Source: Candidatus Saccharimonadota bacterium (GTDB taxonomy: Bacteria > Patescibacteriota > Saccharimonadia > Saccharimonadales > UBA4665). From it: a stretch of DNA of 59,213 nucleotides. Positions 15,967-27,027 of this stretch are shown here, piece by piece. The DNA is taken from NCBI GenBank assembly GCA_025927655.1, contig JAICKY010000001.1:1-59213 (forward strand). Direction: 5' to 3'. The translations under genes and the position numbers were made by a program. Under the pieces are notes generated by a model. It saw nothing but the letters and a program-made list of their open reading frames with translations, was not told the origin of the DNA and did not search any database. Each line of letters begins with the position of its first letter. Positions within the stretch are counted from its first letter, which is position 1.

Positions 15967-16148
15967 CGGTCTGCGACCGGAAAAGTAGCAGCCCAGGCAA
16001 AGCCTGGGCGTCGCGTAGAAAAACCCTTTAGGGTTTGTCTTGTAACTATGGGCAAGCGCAGCTCGGAAACGAATGTTTCCGAGCGAGTAAGTCGGTTTAC
16101 CACCGGCTGTCGGACCGGGGTTCTACTTTTCCGGTCTGCGACCGGAAA
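15967..16148. repeat. 182-bp hairpin-rich intergenic element bounded by a 17-nt direct repeat
   Basis: CGGTCTGCGACCGGAAA occurs at 15967-15983 and 16132-16148. CCGGAAAAGTAG (15977-15988) pairs with CTACTTTTCCGG (16123-16134). Internal hairpins are GCCCAGG/CCTGGGC, AAACCC/GGGTTT and GCTCGGAAAC/GTTTCCGAGC. Confidence 0.7.
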
Positions 16149-16156
16149 TCTGTCCC

Positions 16157-17698
16157 TTAGTCGCGGTACAGCGAGTGGTTCTTGATCCAGCCGTGTGCAT
16201 TGCGGGTGATGGATGGGTTGTTCCCTGTTTTGCCCGCTTCGGCAATTTTGGTGAATGGCAGCACGGTGAATGTAAACGTACTGCCTTCGTTCACTTTGCT
16301 GTTGACCGAAATCTGGCCGCCGTGAGCGTCGACAATCGATCGGGACAGGTACAACCCCAACCCGGTACCGCCAATCTGGGCGCGGTTACGGTGGTTGCGA
16401 TAAAATTTATCAAAAATGTGCGGTAGTATAGAACCGTCGATCCCGAGTCCGAAATCTTTCACGCTGGTTTCAACCAAGCCGTCTTTGTTGATGTTGGTGG
16501 TGACGTAAATTTCGTTGGTGCCCTTGCTGTATTTAATAGCGTTGTCCAGCAGGTTGGCCAGCACTTCGTAGATGCTGTAGCGGTCCACTCCCACCGTAGG
16601 CAAGTCATCGGCAATATCAGTTTTGATGGTAATGCCGCGGACACCGGCTCGCAGGTTCAGATCCTCCACTACGTTTTCGACCAGTTTTTTCCAGTCTTCT
16701 TCGTGCAGCTGCAAGGTTAGCTGGTTGTCTTCTATTTTGGCGACATTCAGGATATTGTCGACGAACGAAGCCAGCTGTTGGGCGGAAGCGTTCATCTTTT
16801 TCATAAATTCCTTCAGCTCGGGGTTGAGCGTTGGTCCCAATTCCTCGTCGAAGACTTCGATGTAGCCCCGCAGCAACGTCAGCGGCGTACGCAGTTCGTG
16901 CACGCTCAGCGCAACGAAGCTCATGGCTTGGTCGTCTTGGGCGTATTCTTCGGTGTGGTCGAACAACACCAGGAGCGTTTCGTAGCCTAGCGGGTTATCC
17001 TGGTTGTAGTACCCGGCCAGGTCGAACAACAGGCTGTCGCCCTGCCCTGGCAGGCCGATGCGTACTCGTTCCCACTTGTGCTCTGCCGTCGCGGATTTAC
17101 CCTGGCTGGCTTTGATCCAACTGGACAGCGTGTCGTCACTGAGGAATGACATATCGAGCGCGGTGTATACGCTTTGCCCCGTGAGTTCATCGGCCGGTTT
17201 GCCCAGGTATTTACCGGTTGCCTCGTTGGCGTAGATAATGTTCTCTTCTTTGTCGAGTACTAAAAGCGGTAGCGGTAAACTGCTGGCGACAAAATTGGTG
17301 TGCAGATCGAGCTTGGTTTTTATATTGCTCTGCTCGACATCTTGCACGACACTAGCGAGCTGGTACACCTGATTTATCAGATTCGTGACCAGTTCGCGGC
17401 CCAAATGCAGCTGATCGAGCTTAGGTGTGCCCATGTCTTCGGTGTTGTGCGGAGCTATGTGCAAAATTGCCTGCCACAAAAATTTGGTTGGCTGTACCAG
17501 TACTTTTGTACTGAGCCAAGGAACGACGCCGATGGTTATAAGCGGTATGGCCGTAATCACTATTAGTGACCACAGTCCGGTTAGCTTCACCACCCGGTCC
17601 ACAATGTACCAATCGGCCACAATCAAGGCATTGTTCACGAAGATGATGACGATTAACCGGGCACGGAACTGGCGAATGAAACTTTGGAAGTAGCCCAT
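16157..17698 (-). CDS. sensor histidine kinase (TM + PAS-like + HisKA + HATPase_c)
   Basis: H-box FVALSVHELRTPLT, N-box LANLLDNAIKYS, and G-boxes DFGLGI / GTGLGLYLSRSIV. Confidence 0.9.
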   Translation of the reverse strand: MGYFQSFIRQFRARLIVIIFVNNALIVADWYIVDRVVKLTGLWSLIVITAIPLITIGVVPWLSTKVLVQPTKFLWQAILHIAPHNTEDMGTPKLDQLHLGRELVTNLINQVYQLASVVQDVEQSNIKTKLDLHTNFVASSLPLPLLVLDKEENIIYANEATGKYLGKPADELTGQSVYTALDMSFLSDDTLSSWIKASQGKSATAEHKWERVRIGLPGQGDSLLFDLAGYYNQDNPLGYETLLVLFDHTEEYAQDDQAMSFVALSVHELRTPLTLLRGYIEVFDEELGPTLNPELKEFMKKMNASAQQLASFVDNILNVAKIEDNQLTLQLHEEDWKKLVENVVEDLNLRAGVRGITIKTDIADDLPTVGVDRYSIYEVLANLLDNAIKYSKGTNEIYVTTNINKDGLVETSVKDFGLGIDGSILPHIFDKFYRNHRNRAQIGGTGLGLYLSRSIVDAHGGQISVNSKVNEGSTFTFTVLPFTKIAEAGKTGNNPSITRNAHGWIKNHSLYRD

Positions 17699-19000
17699 CT
17701 ATTTATATACTACAGCGCTTGTTGATGAAACGGCACTAATCCACGTCTGGCCTGGGTTGAGCGGTATGGCCTGCCCGTTGGCATCGGTGAATGTGATTTG
17801 TGCGGCATTGCTGGCCTTGGCCCAGGTGCCGGTAGTGAGCGTGCCATTCTGGAAGATGTACGCCTGTCCGCTTCCAATCGTTGTGTAGTTGGAATAGTAC
17901 GCGCCAGTGCTGTCGAGCGCGCCCCGGGCCAGGGGTACCACAATGGCGATTACTACCTTGGGACTGATCTGCTTGCCGGTGTTGGCATCGACATGCGGCT
18001 GGCCTGCCTCGCTACGGTTATAGCTGTTGGTGGCGGCGACGTAGTCGTAGTGCGGATCGTAGGTGTAGCCGGATAAATGAAAATCGATGCTGGCGGCAAT
18101 TGGCGCGGCTGCCGGGGCTTCTTTTGTAGCCCGGGTAAAACCGGTATAGGTGCTGGTGAAACCCTTAGCCGCCTCCAGCTGGTTGAGCGTAGCGATCGAA
18201 GTGTATACATTATGCGGCGCAGCACGGTCGCTGGTGCGGTGATAGTACTTGCTATTGTAGAATTGGTTCATGTCATGCGTGCCCCAGCTGGCTATATCTG
18301 CCAGCCCATCGGTACTGCCGCCGACGTGGGCGTAGGCTGCATCGAAACCCATGTCCCAGCTGACGTAGTACGGACGGGCGCTGCGAATGGGTCCGACGTT
18401 TGCTGGCGCGGTATCCTGGAACAGCGCCAAAAAGCGTGTCACCCCGCCTTCTGCCACTGCTTCGAACACCACACCGGCGTCGCCGAGACCGCTTTGCGGC
18501 CGTGCGTCCAGGCTGTTTTCTATCATTACACCGGTCACGGTGCGCTGGTTGACACTGGCATCTGCCACAGGCAAACCGGTGAGCGTGCTGTAGATAACGG
18601 GCGGAGCTACCTTTTTGATAGTAGCCTTTTTGTGAGTGGAGACTGCGACGGCGTTACGTTTATGATGCGTGAGCATCCAGCCGGCTCCGATCCCGCAGAC
18701 CAGCAGTACTGCCACTATGCCGCCGATGATCTGTTGTTTGCGGGTGAAGTGCCAGCGTTTAAAAATTTTCTTCGGCAGCTTCGACGACTGTAACGGCTTA
18801 GATTTGGACGCCTGGTGTTCAACCACCGTTGGTACCGGCGCTGACGACTCTTCGGCAGCGGCTTCTTCGGGCGTTTTGAACGTAGGGTCTGCTGCCTTGG
18901 CTCGCTCGTGCAATGGGGTCTCATGCGGCTTGTCGAGCGGTTCTATCCGCTTTGGCTTGGGGCGCGACAGGCGTTCTGGCGGCGTGACGTCGTTAATCAT
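17699..19000 (-). CDS. DUF3048 domain-containing membrane-anchored protein
   Basis: GVMIENSLDARPQSGLGDAGVVFEAVAEGGVTRFLALF...IRSARPYYVSW. A long charged N-terminus is followed by one TM helix. The stop abuts the HK start. Confidence 0.8.
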   Translation of the reverse strand: MINDVTPPERLSRPKPKRIEPLDKPHETPLHERAKAADPTFKTPEEAAAEESSAPVPTVVEHQASKSKPLQSSKLPKKIFKRWHFTRKQQIIGGIVAVLLVCGIGAGWMLTHHKRNAVAVSTHKKATIKKVAPPVIYSTLTGLPVADASVNQRTVTGVMIENSLDARPQSGLGDAGVVFEAVAEGGVTRFLALFQDTAPANVGPIRSARPYYVSWDMGFDAAYAHVGGSTDGLADIASWGTHDMNQFYNSKYYHRTSDRAAPHNVYTSIATLNQLEAAKGFTSTYTGFTRATKEAPAAAPIAASIDFHLSGYTYDPHYDYVAATNSYNRSEAGQPHVDANTGKQISPKVVIAIVVPLARGALDSTGAYYSNYTTIGSGQAYIFQNGTLTTGTWAKASNAAQITFTDANGQAIPLNPGQTWISAVSSTSAVVYK

Positions 19001-19199
19001 CCAGCGTTGCCTTTGCAGACGTTTTTGTTTTGTCCGAACATAAGCAATATTATAACAAACTACTGCATATCGTCAGCAGATATTGGGCAGACTGGTGCTT
19101 TGCTACGTACCAGAGGGGTGCATAGCATAGGACTGGTATGCAGGCATCCCCGGCAGTCTCCGTCGACCCTCCTGCTGGACCGCCTAAAATAACCGATTA

Positions 19200-20632
<1,433 letters not shown>

Positions 20633-20696
20633 TTATTATACAGATTGGTGGCCGAAGAAAGAATTGCTTATGCCTATGCAGCCCGGAACATAGGAT

Positions 20697-21923
20697 CTAG
20701 CTGTTCTGAACGAGTGATTTGATCTGCGAATCGCTCAAAGCGCCGTTGCCGGTCACGGTGTACCATTTGCCGCTGGATACCCAGGTGGCTTCGGTGTTGC
20801 CGAACCGGTAGACCGTGGTGTTGTTGGCTTGCAGAGTGGTGTAGTTTGGCGTGCCGTTGGCACTGGTAGCGCCAACGTTCTGGATCATGTCGCTGCTCGA
20901 GAGATTTGTGGTTTGCTGAGTGAGCTGGTACGTGCCGTTCGAGCCGCTGAAGCCAATCGCTAGCCGGCCGTTGTTGGCGCGGACGCCGTTGTAAGCAAAG
21001 CCTGCGGCTTCAAAGTTCGGCATACTGGTGCTGACACCGGCCTGAATGCTGGCAACCTTGAACTGCAAGCCGGGTGTGTTCTGGTAAGCCGCAAACCCGG
21101 CTATAACCACGAGCGCCAGCGTACCGGCTGCTACGCTGGCCATATGCCTGCGGGCCTGTTTTTTGAAATGCAGTTTGTTGGCCTGCACATCTACAAAGTG
21201 CGTTGCATTCGCCAGTGCGTGCGTAAAGATATCTTCAGGGTTGTTTGTCGGCGGGTGGGGGGCTGGCGCTACGGGGTCTCCGTTGCCTGGCTTGGTGGTT
21301 GGCGCTGGTTGCACAGCTAACGGTACAACGCTAGGCTGCACGGCAGGTGACATGGCGCTGTGATGAGAAATATGGGGACTACGAGCAGTTGTCTGGGCGC
21401 GCGCCAAGCGGGTTTCGTCAATGCTGGCTACCGAGTGTTTCGGCACGATCAGGCTGGGTACGGCGTGCTGCAATGTTCCCTGCGTGCCTACTTGTTTGAG
21501 CAGGCTTGGAGCTGGGCGTTTGACGCTTTCACGCATGAGGGTTTTGGAGCTTTGGACCACATGGGGCTTGGTGTGGTTGGCAGCTGATACGCCGTGCGGC
21601 GCTGTGACTTTTTTGGGCTGCACGCTGTTTTGGCTGCGGACACTGGTGGTGTGGGCGGCTTGCGGCACATGGGCCCGGGCGTGGTTCACGGAGCGTTGTG
21701 GCTGCCTGTGGCTTGGTTGCGCGTGTGGCGATGGTGCCGGAGTGGCTAGCACCGTTATTCTCCCGGCTACCGGCACGGTTTTAGGCGCGCTGGTGCGAGC
21801 CCGGAAAAAGCCGTCAATATTCTGTCCGGTACGAACGGCAGGTGCCGAAGCAACACCGACCAGCGCACCAGTCACTGCATCATAACGCTTGCCGTTAACT
21901 TCGATTGTAGTTTTGCTTTTCAT
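20697..21923 (-). CDS. hypothetical single-pass membrane protein (Pro/Ala/His-rich linker, C-terminal beta-rich domain)
   Basis: 408 aa with one TM helix (MASVAAGTLALVVIAGFAAY). The C-terminus ...ATWVSSGKWYTVTGNGALSDSQIKSLV tentatively resembles DUF4367-type domains. Confidence 0.55.
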   Translation of the reverse strand: MKSKTTIEVNGKRYDAVTGALVGVASAPAVRTGQNIDGFFRARTSAPKTVPVAGRITVLATPAPSPHAQPSHRQPQRSVNHARAHVPQAAHTTSVRSQNSVQPKKVTAPHGVSAANHTKPHVVQSSKTLMRESVKRPAPSLLKQVGTQGTLQHAVPSLIVPKHSVASIDETRLARAQTTARSPHISHHSAMSPAVQPSVVPLAVQPAPTTKPGNGDPVAPAPHPPTNNPEDIFTHALANATHFVDVQANKLHFKKQARRHMASVAAGTLALVVIAGFAAYQNTPGLQFKVASIQAGVSTSMPNFEAAGFAYNGVRANNGRLAIGFSGSNGTYQLTQQTTNLSSSDMIQNVGATSANGTPNYTTLQANNTTVYRFGNTEATWVSSGKWYTVTGNGALSDSQIKSLVQNS

Positions 21924-22103
21924 GCTTCCCGGTTTGAAATAAGTACCCTACGCTTTTACCTTTATAGTAACGCTTATGCCTCGTAAAACGCAAGCGTTTC
22001 TACGTCGGGTGGGCACCTCCTCCTGGGGAAATGCCAGCTAGTATTTAGTTTTGGGTGATGGTGGTTCCTGTGTGCCGGTTAGTTTATACTAAACTGTTAG
22101 ATT

Positions 22104-23612
22104 ATGGATTTCCTCGATCCCGAAAAAGAACGCCGCAGCCGCACCAAGCTGTTACTGGGGTATTGCCTGGTGGCGCTAGCCATCGGCATTGCCACACTGG
22201 TGCTGTTGTATCAGGCTTATGGGTATAACGTTGACCGCCAGGGAGAGGTCACGCAAAATGGCCTGCTGTTCGTGTCGAGCCAACCAGCTAGCGCAAACAT
22301 ATATCTGAACGGGCACCTGTATAAGTCAAATACGAACGCTCGTGTCACCGTGCCGGCCGCCAAATACATACTCAAGATCTCGAAAACGGGCTACCGCGAT
22401 TGGCAACGGCCAGTGTTTGTAGCCGGCGGTGACGTACAACATTTTGACTATCCGTTCCTATTCCCGCAGACGCTCAAAACTACTTCGGTAGCCGAGCTAA
22501 ACGCTGATCCCTCTGTGGCTACCCAGAGCCCTGACAAACGCTGGCTGCTTTTGGGTCAGCCGGCTAATCCGGGGGCGTTTACCGAATACGATTTTAAAAA
22601 CCCTGCCAAACCGGTAGCGACTGAGGTCGATTTGCCTGCCGGTAGTTTTACGACCGGTGACGGCGCACAAACCTGGACGGTCGGGGAGTGGGCGGCTGAT
22701 AGCCGGCATGTAGTGCTGCTGCATACGTACGTTTCAGGAGCTGCCACTAACCGCGAGTACGTCCTGTTGGACCGGGACACCCCAGCCGATTCAATTAACC
22801 TTACGAATACCTTAAACCTGGGCCAGTCAGAAACATTGACCCTGTTCAATAACCGTACCAGCGAGTTCTATGTGTATAACGCCGCTGAACAAACGCTCAA
22901 GCTCGTGAATGGCAATGACGCCTCGGTGGTAAGTAAGCTGCAACATATTCTGGCGTTTAAAACCTATGCCGACGACAAAATTTTGTACGTGACCGATCAG
23001 TCGCCCACTGGTAAAACAACGCCTAATTTGGTAAGTGCGGTGCTCCAGGACGGCCAGCAGACTATTACGCTGCGCACCTTGCCTGCCGGTGACCCCTCCA
23101 GCTATGTGCTGAATCTGGCTCAGTACTCGGGCGATTGGTATGTAGCTGTGGCGTCCAGCAATGACACCGCAGCGTACATCTATAAAAACCCGCAAGATCA
23201 GAAAACAAAAGGACCGGACACCTACCCTGCTCCATGGCGCCGAGCTGCGCTAAGCGGCGTTTCGCAGCTGTCGTTTTCCAGCAATACGCAGTTTTTGGCT
23301 GTCGAGAGCGGGCAAGATTTTGTGGTGTACGATTTTGAGAACGTCGGGCAATACCGCTACCACGCCTCGCAACCAATCGACCAGCCGCAAGGCCATGCGG
23401 TCTGGATGGATGGCGACCGATTGACCTATGTAAGCAACGGCAAGCTCGAAGTCTTCGATTACGACTACCGCAACCAGCAGACATTGGTTACGGCGAATCC
23501 TGCCTATGCGCCGTCCTTTGCATCCGATTTCTCGTATTTGTACACGCTACGCCCTGCTGCTGGTGATGCTAAGGCTGCGCTTACCAGTACCTCGCTCGTA
23601 GCTAAACAATAG
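22104..23612 (+). CDS. PEGA domain-containing membrane-anchored protein
   Basis: An N-terminal TM helix is followed by FVSSQPASANIYLNGHLYKSNTNARVTVPAAKYILKISKTGYRDWQRPV (PEGA-like). The long C-terminal domain looks repeat-rich or propeller-like. Confidence 0.7.
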   Translation: MDFLDPEKERRSRTKLLLGYCLVALAIGIATLVLLYQAYGYNVDRQGEVTQNGLLFVSSQPASANIYLNGHLYKSNTNARVTVPAAKYILKISKTGYRDWQRPVFVAGGDVQHFDYPFLFPQTLKTTSVAELNADPSVATQSPDKRWLLLGQPANPGAFTEYDFKNPAKPVATEVDLPAGSFTTGDGAQTWTVGEWAADSRHVVLLHTYVSGAATNREYVLLDRDTPADSINLTNTLNLGQSETLTLFNNRTSEFYVYNAAEQTLKLVNGNDASVVSKLQHILAFKTYADDKILYVTDQSPTGKTTPNLVSAVLQDGQQTITLRTLPAGDPSSYVLNLAQYSGDWYVAVASSNDTAAYIYKNPQDQKTKGPDTYPAPWRRAALSGVSQLSFSSNTQFLAVESGQDFVVYDFENVGQYRYHASQPIDQPQGHAVWMDGDRLTYVSNGKLEVFDYDYRNQQTLVTANPAYAPSFASDFSYLYTLRPAAGDAKAALTSTSLVAKQ

Positions 23613-23621
23613 ATTCTCTAC

Positions 23622-23645
23622 GATACTTTTGACCGCAAAAGTATC
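23622..23645. terminator. 10-bp stem-loop between convergent genes
   Basis: GATACTTTTG-ACCG-CAAAAGTATC. No T-run follows on either strand. Confidence 0.4.
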
Positions 23646-23721
23646 CAAAACTCCCCGGTCAAACTCCAAGCTCTCGGTCGGCCGGGTCTACGAGGTAGGT
23701 TTATGGAGGTGAGCTGGGGGG

Positions 23722-25023
23722 TTAATTCCAGAATTCGGCCCAGTTGACGAAGTTATCCCACAGCGTGGGACCGTTGTCGGTTAGCTGGGTCGGCTGGGAA
23801 ATTGTCGTGTCCGCGGCTGGCGCGGCGGTGTTCTTGGCTGGATCAGGGCTGATCTGTTCGCCCCACAGGACCAGGCGGTTGGTGCTGATGCCCGGCGGGT
23901 CGCAAGTAATAAGCGTGGCGGTAGCCTGTTTGCCTCTGGTGTCGTTTATGACGTCCACATCGCTTGGCGGTACGACGGCGCGGTCGAATATACGGTACGC
24001 ATAGGTTTGACCGTTGTAGGTTATGTAAAACAAGTCGCCCGTAGTTAGATCGTGCAGCAATGTGAATGCGAACTTGTACTTGCCGTTGTTAAAGATATTG
24101 CCGGAGGAGTGGCCAAAATACGCCGCGTTACCATTCTGCCCTGGCAGCACGGTGTTCGGGTAGTGTATTACGCCGCTCTTCAGGTCGTTTTCGATGACGT
24201 TTTCGTCGTAGCTGGCAACGGTGAAATCCACCGGAATCTGGATATTTATCTTCGGTACGGTAACGGACGGAGGCGTGTCGGCAACTACGGTACTATCGGT
24301 AAGGATAATGGGTGTACTGCTGACGTTCCGGCTTGGTTGAATAAAAGGGGCGATGATGTACTCATTAAAAAAGGTAAACAGCAGCACTATCAGCACGATA
24401 CAGCCGCTTGCCAGCCCAAAACCAAGTGATTGCAGGTGGTGCTTCAGGGTTAATTTCCCATTGGCGCTTACTTTGCTTGTGATTTTATTCTTGAGCAAGC
24501 GGGTAGTTTGCCTGTCGAAGACCGGCTTTTTTAGTTTCGGCTGGGCTGTTCGCGGCGCATGGTCGGCTACAACCACGCTGCTATCCGAAGGGGCGACAGG
24601 TATGAGCGGATTGACGAACGCCGGGTGGACCTGGGCCGGCTGCTGTGGTTCTGCGGGCTGGAAGGCCCGTGAGGTAGCTACGGGATGCTGCTTCTGAAAC
24701 AGCTTTTGATACGGCGTGTGCTGGTTTGCATCGTAAAACTCTTGCCAGACCTCATGCTTTTCGGTGTCGCTCAGCGTGGTGTAGTAGTGGTGCCAGGCGG
24801 TCTGGATTTCGGCCAGGCTCCTGCCGGAAGCGCTTAGTTCCTGCATGTAGCGCTGATGCTTACTGAGGGTGCGAGCCTGCTGGACTTCGCCCAGTTCCTG
24901 TGCGGCATCCGGTTCGGCGGCGAAGGCGCGCGATATTTTGCTTCGTATGAGCTCAACGGCCGGGTTGCTTGCCTGGTCTTCGCTGGATGGAAATAAGGGG
25001 TCGTTGCTCATGATGGTGTCCAT
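23722..25023 (-). CDS. sortase-family transpeptidase with a long N-terminal region and a TM anchor
   Basis: HSSGNIFNNGKYKFAFTLLHDL...ATATLITCDPPG (TLxTC-type Cys motif). The start is uncertain: ATG 25023 is chosen, but the track ORF extends to GTG 25230 with no RBS. Confidence 0.75.
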   Translation of the reverse strand: MDTIMSNDPLFPSSEDQASNPAVELIRSKISRAFAAEPDAAQELGEVQQARTLSKHQRYMQELSASGRSLAEIQTAWHHYYTTLSDTEKHEVWQEFYDANQHTPYQKLFQKQHPVATSRAFQPAEPQQPAQVHPAFVNPLIPVAPSDSSVVVADHAPRTAQPKLKKPVFDRQTTRLLKNKITSKVSANGKLTLKHHLQSLGFGLASGCIVLIVLLFTFFNEYIIAPFIQPSRNVSSTPIILTDSTVVADTPPSVTVPKINIQIPVDFTVASYDENVIENDLKSGVIHYPNTVLPGQNGNAAYFGHSSGNIFNNGKYKFAFTLLHDLTTGDLFYITYNGQTYAYRIFDRAVVPPSDVDVINDTRGKQATATLITCDPPGISTNRLVLWGEQISPDPAKNTAAPAADTTISQPTQLTDNGPTLWDNFVNWAEFWN

Positions 25024-25342
25024 TAGAGCGGGAGCAGATAGATACCGCCCACTCGCGTTACTTACACCAGTATATCCTACGGGTATACTTCTCGATACTC
25101 TGAAAGTGCAAGCAAGCTTCACACTTCTTTCTGTGCCTCTACGGTATCCCTCCGGAGTAGAGTGCTCTGTGCTCAAACAATGCAAGCAAGCTTGTACTTC
25201 CCTGTGCGCCTTGAATATAGTACAATACACCCCTAATAACCTATGGTAAGTAGTTACTGCTGGTATGGGAATTTAACAGTCGGGGCATATATGATAAGCC
25301 TGCAAGCTTGCCAGGGCTTGTAGCGGAAGTATGCCGGTATAT

Positions 25343-25429
25343 GGGCGAGTGGCGGAATTGGTAGACGCGCTAGACTCAAAATCTTGTGAGAGTAATCTCG
25401 TGGGGGTTCAAGTCCCCCCTTGCCCACCA
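25343..25429 (+). tRNA. tRNA-Leu (anticodon CAA), class II, CCA encoded
   Basis: Acceptor GGGCGAG/CTTGCCC, anticodon loop CTCAAAA, long variable arm GAGAGTAATCTC, T-arm GGGGGTTCAAGTCCCCC, and 3' ACCA. Confidence 0.9.
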
Positions 25430-25462
25430 TTTATTATGCAATATTTATTCGAGGGGTAATGT

Positions 25463-25777
25463 ATGTCGCGCTCGCATTCTCTACATCCTGCAAGCAGGGC
25501 TGAAATTTATAATCATGGCAGTAGGCCTTCAAGGGGTGGCGAGGTCAGTGGCATGCAAGCCGCCTCAGCGGTTGATCCGTGTGACCCTGTTTGGCAAAAG
25601 GTGCAAGCCGGGGCAGCTAGTTACGAAGAAGCCGCTGGCCAGGTGGAAGTCGGAATTGAGGTAGCAGAACTGGCCTTAAGAGTGGGCCGGGAGACAGAAG
25701 ATCCGCTCCTGAGCCGAATCGGCGTAGCCATCCTTCGTCTTCTGGAACTGAGTCAAGAAGCGCCCGAAACTGCGTAA
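25463..25777 (+). CDS. hypothetical protein (104 aa), weakly supported
   Basis: ATG 25463 has GAGGGG 6 nt upstream. The C-terminal half looks acidic and helical. The ORF overlaps the 3' end of the convergent gene by 25 nt. Confidence 0.3.
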   Translation: MSRSHSLHPASRAEIYNHGSRPSRGGEVSGMQAASAVDPCDPVWQKVQAGAASYEEAAGQVEVGIEVAELALRVGRETEDPLLSRIGVAILRLLELSQEAPETA

Positions 25778-26553
25778 ACCGCAGTCGTAAGCGCTTCAAA
25801 CGGCTTAGTGATGTTTTGGAGCCACCAGACGCTCGCCTGGGCGGCAACCTGTAGCCGCCAGACATGTGCTTCGGGATGGGTCTTCGTTGTACTTACCTGC
25901 CCGTTTACGGCCACCACGAAGTGGTCCTGATGTTTCGTGATGATATGTAAACTGAACCTCTTGGTAAACTCGTGCAGGGCCTCTGCCAGTTGTACCAACC
26001 CCATTTCGCTGGTAAACGCGCGGGCAAAGTGCGCTTCGCTGCCCAACCGCCGCAGCTGGCCCATAGCCACCACTAACAGCGTGTCGGGCCGGTGCAATAT
26101 GCTGATGGGTTGCTGGCAAAATACATCTGCTGCATCTTTCGTGAGTGTAGCCCGACCGGTGTATTTTTCCAGGAATGTTTCCAGCAGTACGGTGGTTTCG
26201 CTGTTGCGGCCAACGCCGCCTGCCACCAGTACGCCGTCTGCCCACATGCTCATGTCTATAAAACTGGCGAGCGCTTGCTTGCCGAAACTGCCGCTGGGCG
26301 TTGTGGGGGCTAACTCCCCTGCGGTAAACGTTTTGCCGATGAATTTACGAAGTGAATCCGGCAGCAGCATTTTGCTGGTGCCGATACCCGCTTTCTCTGC
26401 GGCTGTATATGCCTCTGCCGGTTCAACGAATCCCTGTTCGTTGCCACCGATTATCAGTAATTTACCGGCTTGCAGGCGGTTTTCCGGCCGGCTCCATTCC
26501 AGCTCTGGAAAGAGCGGTTGGTTGCTTTGTCTAACCCAGTATTCCGGCTGCAT
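25753..26553 (-). CDS. YjeF C-terminal / carbohydrate-kinase-like protein (NAD(P)HX dehydratase family, divergent)
   Basis: LLIIGGNEQGFVEPAEAYTAAEKAGIG...ADGVLVAGGVGRNSETT...TLTKDAADVF follows the family layout as I remember it. I could not see the usual C-terminal GDVLAG-type motif. Confidence 0.45.
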   Translation of the reverse strand: MQPEYWVRQSNQPLFPELEWSRPENRLQAGKLLIIGGNEQGFVEPAEAYTAAEKAGIGTSKMLLPDSLRKFIGKTFTAGELAPTTPSGSFGKQALASFIDMSMWADGVLVAGGVGRNSETTVLLETFLEKYTGRATLTKDAADVFCQQPISILHRPDTLLVVAMGQLRRLGSEAHFARAFTSEMGLVQLAEALHEFTKRFSLHIITKHQDHFVVAVNGQVSTTKTHPEAHVWRLQVAAQASVWWLQNITKPFEALTTAVYAVSGAS

Positions 26554-27027
26554 CTAAAAACCTTCTACCTCTGTTAGCTCGTATGTTTGCAAGCTATCAT
26601 CGTCGTTGTAGCGAAATGTACCGCGAAGTTTTTTACCGGCCAGCAGCTGAGGAATGCAGTATGGCGTGTCCGGCCACATCTGGCTATACGGAATCTCATC
26701 TATATTGAACCACTGCGGTATCATTTCGTCTGACTCTATTGGTTCGCCCGTCCATTCGGTACAGAAATATATATGGCCGGTATTTTTGCATGGCTCGCCT
26801 TTGTACAGCTGATAAAAAACACTCTCTGCAACTCGTTCATATTTAATTGGTGTCACGCCAATTTCTTCCTGGCATTCACGTATCATTGCTTGCTCTACTG
26901 TCTCGTGCGAGTCTACCTTGCCACCGGGGCCATTCCACCGGCCTTTTCCATGATCTCGTTTTTTCATAGCGAGCAGTATTTCATTGTTACGGCGCAAAAA
27001 CACAACGGTTGTCACCAGATTTTTCAT
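26554..27027 (-). CDS. NUDIX hydrolase (MutT-like)
   Basis: Nudix box GPGGKVDSHETVEQAMIRECQEEIGV. 157 aa. Confidence 0.85.
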   Translation of the reverse strand: MKNLVTTVVFLRRNNEILLAMKKRDHGKGRWNGPGGKVDSHETVEQAMIRECQEEIGVTPIKYERVAESVFYQLYKGEPCKNTGHIYFCTEWTGEPIESDEMIPQWFNIDEIPYSQMWPDTPYCIPQLLAGKKLRGTFRYNDDDSLQTYELTEVEGF

